IMG/VR virus record: IMGVR_UViG_3300027708_000013
DNA length: 64,000 bases
Direction: 5' to 3' (one strand)
Source: a virus
Lineage: Duplodnaviria; Caudoviricetes
Positions 53,293 to 61,003 of this stretch are shown here, one piece after another. The notes beneath the pieces were generated by a model. That model worked only from the letters and a program-made list of their open reading frames with translations, was not told the DNA's origin and did no database searches. Numbering within the stretch: position 1 is the first letter of the stretch; every line of letters starts with the position of its first letter. A program made the position numbers and the translations under genes.

Positions 53293-53690
53293 CTTGCTTT
53301 GCGTACTCTCACTGGGCTGATGATATGTGTGTCTGCAACTTCTGTGGAACCGTCGGGTGTCAACTGTAGGTGTTGAGCTTCGGAACCAAATGCTTGGGAG
53401 GCTTGATCCAGTATGCGTCGCTCGCCATCTGTGTAGGCTGCTGCTATGAGACGTTGACCACTGGGTCCATCTTTACGTGGTTTATGATGATACCGGCCAT
53501 CTGCCGCTCCTGCTCCGGCTAGAAAGTGAGCCGCATATCTCCAAACTGGGTAAGGATTTGAGCTGTTTAAATTTGTGTGACTTCTCATGCCCGGTGCAGC
53601 ACTGGTATGGCTGTCGGGAATACCGTTGTTGTCGTAGTCGTTCGTCACAGAAACTTTTGTAGTTTCTGTGATGACTTCGTGTATTTTCAT
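53289..53690 (-). CDS. Hypothetical head-internal-type protein
   Basis: MKIHEVITE leader; coupled overlaps on both sides. Confidence 0.7.
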   Translation of the reverse strand: MKIHEVITETTKVSVTNDYDNNGIPDSHTSAAPGMRSHTNLNSSNPYPVWRYAAHFLAGAGAADGRYHHKPRKDGPSGQRLIAAAYTDGERRILDQASQAFGSEAQHLQLTPDGSTEVADTHIISPVRVRKAR

Positions 53691-56600
53691 TTTTTTAATT
53701 TAATACTGTTGTAGGCACGTAGTAAATTGCGACCCAAGGCTTCCAGGGGATCTGTTTGTTCTTTGACCGGTGACGGAGACTTGGGATTGTCGCCATTTTT
53801 AAAGGTTGGCTTGTTGGGTTGCATGGCTTTTTCTTTACCAGCAACTTCACCATCTCCGCCTTTGGTCAATACACCCACCGCCATGTACTGCTCTTCTGGC
53901 GTGTTGTCAAACTCGGCTGAAACTGCAATTTTGACATCACCGTAGTCACGTCCTTCCACTGCAATACCAGCTAAACGAACCATTTCACCCAGGCTAAATT
54001 CAACTTCGTCTGGGCCTGTGGTTTTTTCAATCTCGCCATTTAATGCCGTATCTTCGTTGCACCCGCAAGGATCACAATCGCAAGCAGGACAAGTTCCTTC
54101 GCCTAATTCCACTGGAAATTCCTTATTGCCCATTTTGAAACTGTCTTTGCCATCGGCTTTGGCCTGTAGGGCTTTGAAGTGCATTGTGCCGGCACCTTCC
54201 TCCATGTCGTCTTCAGTGACTTCATCGGTGTTGAACTCTTGTCCAAATGCATGGAACGTGTGTTTGCCAGAATGTTCTGCTTCTAAATCTTTTTGTTTGA
54301 TGTATTCACCGTGTGTGCTTTCGTCGGCAACTTGTAAGCCAGCCAGTCGAGCCAATTCATTTAACTCGTGATCTGGCTCTACAGGTATTTCCCATGCGTC
54401 CTTGGTGTCAAATGTAGATGCCACGGAACTTTTGGCTTTTTCCCACGGAGTCACTGGTGGTTTTAACGCACCGGGATTCAATTGGCTGATGTTTTTACTG
54501 CCAGGTAAGCCCAAGGCAGACTCATCGGCAATCTGTGGATTGTGTGAGTGGATTTCCATGCAATCACGCAACACATCACTCATCTTGCCGTGTGTTTTAT
54601 ACGATTGAATGTCATGGCTCAATCTTTTAACCATTTCATCCATGGTCATGTGATGCTTGCCCATGATCTGTTTGAAGTTTTCACTCAACATGATTCTACG
54701 GAATTGGCGATCCAGTTGCTGGTTGCTTTCTTTGATCTTTTTGGCACGTTTTTCTTTTCTAGCATGCTTTGCCTCCCACTCAGCACGTTCTGGTGTGCCT
54801 GGAGGTGGTTCGTCGCTGGCAGTATGACGTGTGGTTTTGCCCTTGTGTGCGGGTAACTTGTGTTTGCCGGAGTCTGGCTCACCGCCAAACGGTAAACTTG
54901 CACTGCTACGCTCGCTGTCTTTCTTCTTGGGTGCACCACGCTTTTTAGGTGTGTCGTCCTCGTCATCCGCTTCGTCATCATCTTTTTGTGCAGCACCACC
55001 GTAGGCCTTGCCTTTGTGCTTGTAATCTTCATTCATGTCATGCTTGCAACCACATGAATTTTCCAGCATACCACATTCCATACAAGTGCCTTCCTCTACA
55101 CCTTGTGATTTTCCCAAGAGTATTAATTCGCCAATGGTGTCTGATATAAAATCTTCATCGTATCCCATGTACCATTGGACAATTTTTCTGTTGAATCCCA
55201 TTTTACGTAGGGCATCGGGGATCATACTGACTATCTCGTCTCCCTTGTCACTGGAGTATCTTACGCCTTGATCGAATAATATTTTTGCAACTTTGTAACT
55301 GTCACGATCTTCTGCAGATTCGTTCATGTCGTTTAATACGTTGTTGTTGCGGAACATGTCTTCTATCTCGCCCCATACTATTTGTTCAATTTCTTCAAAA
55401 TCGTCTTTGGGGTGAAGTCCCAATCCCTCCACAACATCATTTGCCATGTTTTGAATGAATTGACCAGTGGGAGTATTGGCACTGAACAACTTGTAGAATG
55501 CATTGACGTCATCTCTATCGTAAATGTCACGCAGTTCGGCCCCAATCTCACTCATGGCACTTTCCGCCATGTTGTCTTCAGGCAATACACCAACCGGACC
55601 ATGATGACGTTTCATACCACTTCTAATTTGGTGTTTGAACTTGTCAACAGCCACTTGTGGGTTTTTATAAGGTGTTCCTGCTTGAGTTCTATCAAACTGT
55701 TTGATACTCTTACGACCTGCCAATGTATCCCGCTCGTCACGATATTTATTGACTGGCTTTTTTCTTGGCTGGTACATGTCTGAGTCGTCAACTTGCCAAC
55801 TTCCACCTATGGGGCCAATTTCTCCGCTGGCATGTTTATGGCCTGCAGGATGTCCTGACGCATGATACCCGCGTCTCCACTTGGCGCCTAGGCCATCGTC
55901 TTCTTCTAAATCTGTTCGATTCATAAATTTAAGGCCGGGGGAATTTGGATATTTTGCCGCATAGTCTTCTGGAGAAATACTTGTTGTTAAGTCTTTGAGT
56001 GGACGCTTTTTGGAACGTGCAACATGATACGCACTCCAGAACTCTTCTGGATCGTCAAACATGCTGCTGTATTCATCGTAGAATTCATCGTAGTCCATGA
56101 CTCGAGCATCAGCAATTAGGTCCTGTAACAATTCAGGATCCTTGATACCATGCCATGACTCATCGGCTTCTGCCATGCCCGAATTGCTGTAATTTTTTTC
56201 AACCCAACTATACATCAAATCAAACACTTCGTTATTATCTGCACTGCCAATCTCTGGGTTCAATCCTGCCTCACGTGCTATTTTTTTATAAAGCTGTCTT
56301 GCCACTTTTACAATATGAAGTGGTTCGTCGCCTTCTTCTGCTGCAAAATATAATAAATCGCGACCTTTGCCGTCACCAAGTCGAACCACTTCGTGGAAAA
56401 AGTCTTCCACTGTGGCAGTGGGTTTCATGCGATCGGGAGTGTCCCAGTCATCATGGTTTTCCGTCATGCCTGGTTTGGTTAATCTATCAACAGCCTGACC
56501 AATACCGCCGGCACGTTTTTGAACTGTTCTTCTAGCTTGGGTCTCTTCTTCTGAACCCATTGGTGTGTATGCACTGCCCATACGAGCAGCATCACCACTT

Positions 56601-57010
56601 GCATGTGCTTTTTTAATATAACTGCCCAAGGCAGCTCTACCAGCAGGAGTATCGCCAATTTCGTCCAACTGTTCCGCCATACTCTCGTTGGCTTTTTTCT
56701 TGCCAGCAACTGCACGTCGTGTCATTTCTTTAGGTCCAAGTTTTTCACGACCGGCAGCAGCAGTGATGGCATCAGCTGACTCTTTACTCTTGCCTGACTT
56801 TTGTATAGCAGAACTCATTTTACTGAAATCGCTTTCAGCAAATTGTTTTTGTAGTTTAGCGTGAACTCGGTCAACACCGGACAATATACTGCCCTGTGGT
56901 TCTACACTTTCGTAGAGCTTTTCTGCAGGCTTGGCAGAGTTGTCCGGTGCAACAGTGTTTTCTGTTAACTTGTTAAAATTCTTTAGGATGTTGTATAAAT
57001 TATTGCTCAC
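53687..57010 (-). CDS. Large acidic modular protein (probable prohead-core/internal polyprotein)
   Basis: 1107 aa with many hydrophobic-x-E junctions and LxRLAG repeats. Confidence 0.7.
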   Translation of the reverse strand: MSNNLYNILKNFNKLTENTVAPDNSAKPAEKLYESVEPQGSILSGVDRVHAKLQKQFAESDFSKMSSAIQKSGKSKESADAITAAAGREKLGPKEMTRRAVAGKKKANESMAEQLDEIGDTPAGRAALGSYIKKAHASGDAARMGSAYTPMGSEEETQARRTVQKRAGGIGQAVDRLTKPGMTENHDDWDTPDRMKPTATVEDFFHEVVRLGDGKGRDLLYFAAEEGDEPLHIVKVARQLYKKIAREAGLNPEIGSADNNEVFDLMYSWVEKNYSNSGMAEADESWHGIKDPELLQDLIADARVMDYDEFYDEYSSMFDDPEEFWSAYHVARSKKRPLKDLTTSISPEDYAAKYPNSPGLKFMNRTDLEEDDGLGAKWRRGYHASGHPAGHKHASGEIGPIGGSWQVDDSDMYQPRKKPVNKYRDERDTLAGRKSIKQFDRTQAGTPYKNPQVAVDKFKHQIRSGMKRHHGPVGVLPEDNMAESAMSEIGAELRDIYDRDDVNAFYKLFSANTPTGQFIQNMANDVVEGLGLHPKDDFEEIEQIVWGEIEDMFRNNNVLNDMNESAEDRDSYKVAKILFDQGVRYSSDKGDEIVSMIPDALRKMGFNRKIVQWYMGYDEDFISDTIGELILLGKSQGVEEGTCMECGMLENSCGCKHDMNEDYKHKGKAYGGAAQKDDDEADDEDDTPKKRGAPKKKDSERSSASLPFGGEPDSGKHKLPAHKGKTTRHTASDEPPPGTPERAEWEAKHARKEKRAKKIKESNQQLDRQFRRIMLSENFKQIMGKHHMTMDEMVKRLSHDIQSYKTHGKMSDVLRDCMEIHSHNPQIADESALGLPGSKNISQLNPGALKPPVTPWEKAKSSVASTFDTKDAWEIPVEPDHELNELARLAGLQVADESTHGEYIKQKDLEAEHSGKHTFHAFGQEFNTDEVTEDDMEEGAGTMHFKALQAKADGKDSFKMGNKEFPVELGEGTCPACDCDPCGCNEDTALNGEIEKTTGPDEVEFSLGEMVRLAGIAVEGRDYGDVKIAVSAEFDNTPEEQYMAVGVLTKGGDGEVAGKEKAMQPNKPTFKNGDNPKSPSPVKEQTDPLEALGRNLLRAYNSIKLKK

Positions 57011-57012
57011 GA

Positions 57013-57621
57013 TTAGCGTCCTTTTGTTCTACTGGTTTTTTGTTTGGCATTGACAGGATTTGTATTTCCCTGTGGTATCTTGTTGGTTGTTTCAGCAGCT
57101 GGAGTTTCTCCTCCGGCAACTTCGTACACTGTGTTCAAACGATGCTTGGCATCGTTGAGTTCTTTCATAAAATTACTGATTCTTTTATCGCCCACTAGTT
57201 CTTGAGCGCCGGGTTCATCTTGTAATTCTGGATTAGAAATTATGGGACCGTCGGCACCTTGGCTGACAATTTTATTATCAAGATCTTCTTCGTTCAAGTA
57301 CTGATCCTGTGTGTAAACATACACGTGATCGGCATTGACTCTTGCTCTGCTGATGATCAGCTGACGAATTTGTTCTGCAATAGTTGGGTATTTAACAGCA
57401 ATGTCAATCACTTCGCACTCGCACGGACCAAGATTTCCAAAAACCTTGTGTTCTTGTATTGGCAAACGTCGGGGTTCACTGATTGACTCAATTTGATATG
57501 CATCAATTGCATTTTTAATTGACTCCATTACCTCAGAGGTAAGTTCAAAATTGGCAATTTTAACTTTAAATTCATACACTTTACTGGTTTCGTAAAAGTA
57601 TTTTTGAAATGGTTTAAGCAT
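57013..57621 (-). CDS. Conserved hypothetical head-module protein
   Basis: 202 aa under a late box, between the putative small terminase and the polyprotein. Confidence 0.7.
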   Translation of the reverse strand: MLKPFQKYFYETSKVYEFKVKIANFELTSEVMESIKNAIDAYQIESISEPRRLPIQEHKVFGNLGPCECEVIDIAVKYPTIAEQIRQLIISRARVNADHVYVYTQDQYLNEEDLDNKIVSQGADGPIISNPELQDEPGAQELVGDKRISNFMKELNDAKHRLNTVYEVAGGETPAAETTNKIPQGNTNPVNAKQKTSRTKGR

Positions 57622-57656
57622 GACGAAAGATTCCTATATTCTATATTTAGTCTAAA

Positions 57657-58142
57657 TCACTTCTTTTGGCTGGCAAGTATCTGTGCTAGTAGGGCATTAC
57701 GGTCCAATACCACGCCTTGTCCTTCAATTGCCTGCTCTTCGGGAGTGCCAGCGTCTTTTTTAATTTGGTGATCCAGTCTAGCTTTTTGCAACTGCAACTG
57801 CACCATTTTAATTTTTTTATCCAGTTTGGCAGTTTTGGCAGTGATGGCATGCCCCAACAGGGTGCTGGCTGTTTGCAAGATAACTCCGGCAAATCTTGGA
57901 TCAGTGTTCATACCTAGATCCACCATGTCAGTGAACTTTTCCTTGGCCAGTTCTGATAACTCGTCCAGCTCGTCATCGCCAGTGTCCAAGTCACGTACCC
58001 CGGGCAGTGCGGCATCAATTTTATCAATTGCCTCGTCAACCTGCTGTATTATTTCTCTATTTTTAGTAAAAAAAGTCTCTGCTTCCGCTGGGGTGGTTTC
58101 CACTGAAGGTAAATTTAACAGTGCCTCTAAATGTTTGGTCAT
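57657..58142 (-). CDS. Putative terminase small subunit (gp16-like)
   Basis: Helical, 161 aa; C-terminal coiled coil and VVLDRNALL; head-module position. Confidence 0.5.
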   Translation of the reverse strand: MTKHLEALLNLPSVETTPAEAETFFTKNREIIQQVDEAIDKIDAALPGVRDLDTGDDELDELSELAKEKFTDMVDLGMNTDPRFAGVILQTASTLLGHAITAKTAKLDKKIKMVQLQLQKARLDHQIKKDAGTPEEQAIEGQGVVLDRNALLAQILASQKK

Positions 58143-58153
58143 ATGGTATTTAT

Positions 58154-58585
58154 TTACTTGCCGGTGCCGAACAGTTCTTTTTCTGTCAGTATTTTAAACA
58201 CCAGGCCATTGGCTTTGCAATAGGCTTGACAGGCCTGCCACTTGCACATGTTGAGTATGGCAGCGGCCTGTGCTCGTTTGCTGTTGCCAGCGGCTTCCAG
58301 TGTGGTTTCTTTGGTGGGTTTGATTTCCCATATTTCAGCATGTTGTTTGCTGTTGGCATCCACATAGGTCACAAAAAAATCCGGCACATAAATGGTATTA
58401 CGGTTGGTAAATGGATTTCTATAGTTGACATGTATGGCTTCGCTGGCCCATTGCAGTATGGAGGGATTGTTGTCCAACATACGCATCACTGTGTGTTCCC
58501 AACTACTGCGATAGTGTGGAGCACCTTTGCCCACATACTTGGCTGGATTCAGGAGTTGATACACTCCGTTGGCATACTTTGACAT
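58154..58585 (-). CDS. Head completion nuclease (T4 gp4 / TnsA-like)
   Basis: YRSSWE, WASE, YVPDF, EIKP, FKILTE. Confidence 0.9.
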   Translation of the reverse strand: MSKYANGVYQLLNPAKYVGKGAPHYRSSWEHTVMRMLDNNPSILQWASEAIHVNYRNPFTNRNTIYVPDFFVTYVDANSKQHAEIWEIKPTKETTLEAAGNSKRAQAAAILNMCKWQACQAYCKANGLVFKILTEKELFGTGK

Positions 58586-58586
58586 G

Positions 58587-58958
58587 TCAAGCTAGAATAG
58601 CACGTTGTATATATTTGTTTACTATGGGTTGATTGTTTACACCCAGATAACTGGTGCCCACACGATTCAAATTTAAAAATGTAATTAGAAACAAATTGAG
58701 TTCACCCGGGGGTACTGCGGTAAATTGCTGTAGTGTTGTCATGGGGTCGGCACCTTGTGCAATACTGGTGGCCACCACGGCGCTGGCCAATAGCTGTGCG
58801 GCTGCTTTATCACCGCCGGTTTGAGTTTCAAAAAATGCCACCACTGCATCATTTTGATTGGCCCCAACTGTTTTAATATTGATAAAAAAGTTATTAAAAT
58901 ATTGTCCATTGGTAAGCGAATTGAGATTTACATTACGTGTGTTTTGTGCAGTTGTCAT
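58587..58958 (-). CDS. Hypothetical structural-module protein
   Basis: 123 aa ORF in the tail/head operon. Confidence 0.7.
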   Translation of the reverse strand: MTTAQNTRNVNLNSLTNGQYFNNFFINIKTVGANQNDAVVAFFETQTGGDKAAAQLLASAVVATSIAQGADPMTTLQQFTAVPPGELNLFLITFLNLNRVGTSYLGVNNQPIVNKYIQRAILA

Positions 58959-58960
58959 GA

Positions 58961-60253
58961 TTAGATTCCTATGTCTTCACCTTGTGCGTATGCATCAAGT
59001 ATGGCCGAATTGTCTACTGACTGTTGGTTGGCAACTGTTATAGCCGGTGTACCAGTTGTGTCTAGTTCAGGAGATCCCCCATCCCGAGCGGCATTGTCTG
59101 TGGAAACTGTTTCGCCATTGCTGGTGGATTTTGTTCCTGGGCTGGGTGCAAACTGCCGAGCCGGCCATGTCACTGCACTGGCAGCACCGGCTGCTAATAC
59201 AGTGCCCAAAGTCAACCCTGTTGCATAATTGGGTCCACCGCTGGAACCCAATATGCCCATTATACCACCCGATCCAGTCAAGGTGGCAGCATATCCGGCC
59301 ACTGTGGGCACTGATAAATTTTTAAAAGGATTGTTGCCTTTGCTTACACCCAAAAGAACTTGATTGGTCAGGGCAGCCAATCCACCCGGTTTGGTCGCAC
59401 CGGTAAATTTGGTACGATCGCCAGGCAACTGATGATCCACACGGTCTTGTCCACCGATCAATCCACCAAATACACCTGCACCGTTGGTCAAGGCCGACAC
59501 TGTGCTTTCTGTCAGGCTGGGTAATCCCAAGGGACTTGGAGTATGATCGTAGTGTAGGTCAGCAAAGTTGATATTTTGACCCGATACTATGTCTCCGTAG
59601 TTGTACAACACAGTTTCATAGCTCAGCGTCATGCTGTTTTGCATGAAATTGTTTTCGCCCTGCTGATGTTCGCCATGCTGAAAACTGGTAATCTGCGGAT
59701 TGATCAACACATACTCGGTGAATCTTTTTTGGTGCAGGCTATACAGTCTCACTCGTTCGATTAATCGTTTGCTGTTTGAAAGTACTTTTGAAGGAGTATA
59801 ACCCCAACTTTGATTTTCTCTGGTATTGTATTTTGTTTCTTGAAGGTACTTGGCCGGCTGGTAATCGGTGTCTCGGTAGTAATAGCTCATGTAATCATAC
59901 CACATGTCTCTAATTATATCCGAGTTGTCGTCATGAAAGGTGATGGTTACAGGTTCGTATTTTAATTTAGTCTGTGCTATGTTGACACGATTGTAGGCAT
60001 TGTAGGTTTTGTTTTCCACTGTGTACTTGGGCAACTGCATGGTTTTAACCAACATGCCGGCTTCCAGTATATCAGTTTTGCTTTGTCTGCTGACTTCCAA
60101 ATTAATGTCAAATGCAACATGAAACAAAAAACCAAATTTTGGAGCAAGTCTATAGTTGCCAGCAACAAAAATTTTGCTGGCATGTTTATAGTCTTTGGCC
60201 AGTGCACCTAATCCGGTACCTTGGTAAACTTGTTTTAAAAAATTGTCAGCCAC
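58961..60253 (-). CDS. Tail-tube-fold baseplate/tube initiator protein (gp48/gp54-like)
   Basis: VKTMQLPKY...YNR......K.KYEPVTITFHDD; directly downstream of the tail tube gene. Confidence 0.7.
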   Translation of the reverse strand: MADNFLKQVYQGTGLGALAKDYKHASKIFVAGNYRLAPKFGFLFHVAFDINLEVSRQSKTDILEAGMLVKTMQLPKYTVENKTYNAYNRVNIAQTKLKYEPVTITFHDDNSDIIRDMWYDYMSYYYRDTDYQPAKYLQETKYNTRENQSWGYTPSKVLSNSKRLIERVRLYSLHQKRFTEYVLINPQITSFQHGEHQQGENNFMQNSMTLSYETVLYNYGDIVSGQNINFADLHYDHTPSPLGLPSLTESTVSALTNGAGVFGGLIGGQDRVDHQLPGDRTKFTGATKPGGLAALTNQVLLGVSKGNNPFKNLSVPTVAGYAATLTGSGGIMGILGSSGGPNYATGLTLGTVLAAGAASAVTWPARQFAPSPGTKSTSNGETVSTDNAARDGGSPELDTTGTPAITVANQQSVDNSAILDAYAQGEDIGI

Positions 60254-60287
60254 TGTGTATCCTGTGTTATTAAGTATTTATGAGAAG

Positions 60288-60314
60288 AAAAAACCCACTG
60301 TAAAAGTGGGTTTT
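60288..60314 (-). terminator. Intrinsic terminator after tail tube
   Basis: AAAACCCAC-TGTAAAA-GTGGGTTTT inverted repeat with T-run. Confidence 0.75.
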
Positions 60315-60336
60315 GTCACTGTTGTTTTTACTGTTA

Positions 60337-60957
60337 TTAACCAGTGATTGCGCCTATGGTTTGACCAACCAGTGTACCAACACCAATACCAGTTGGAGTT
60401 TGAATTGCATTGTCGTAACGAATAGTCAAGTTGATCATTGCTGGATCATTTGAGTTATATGCCATTTCACCGTAGTCAACTTGAGTAATGAAGCAACCAT
60501 TGACTTCCCATGACTCCAACACTGTTGGGCCATTGCTTCCGTTGTTGGTGGCATTACCGCCGTCCAACATGTCGAAAAACAAGGTAAACTTGTAGTCAAT
60601 TGCAGAACTGGCACTTGCCTGCTCAATAAAGTCAAATTGTTTCTGTACCTGCTCGCCCACCATCTTGGCAACATTGTTACCAGCGTCATCACGTAGATTA
60701 ACTGTGATGGTTTGCCATTCGGGTTTGCCTGCCATGTATACTTTGCTGTTGTAAACATCAATTGGAATCTCTTGAAAAGTCAAACTAGGACGCTTGATTT
60801 CAGCAATCTGTTTTGTTAATTCTATCAAGTTGCTGGTGCTTACACCAAAATTAGCAAAAGTTGCACGAAAGCGATACTTTAGTTTGGGCATTAACAGACC
60901 TTGATTCGTTGCTCCCTGAATCGGTACTGTAAAATTACTTGCTGATGCGAATGCCAT
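60337..60957 (-). CDS. Tail tube protein (gp19-like)
   Basis: PKLKYRFR, RPSLTF, YMAGKPEWQTITV.LRDD, W...GCF...VDYG, TIRYDNA. Confidence 0.88.
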   Translation of the reverse strand: MAFASASNFTVPIQGATNQGLLMPKLKYRFRATFANFGVSTSNLIELTKQIAEIKRPSLTFQEIPIDVYNSKVYMAGKPEWQTITVNLRDDAGNNVAKMVGEQVQKQFDFIEQASASSAIDYKFTLFFDMLDGGNATNNGSNGPTVLESWEVNGCFITQVDYGEMAYNSNDPAMINLTIRYDNAIQTPTGIGVGTLVGQTIGAITG

Positions 60958-61003
60958 ATATTATCTCCTGTTATTCTTATTTATCTATTCTCATTGCCAT
61001 TTA

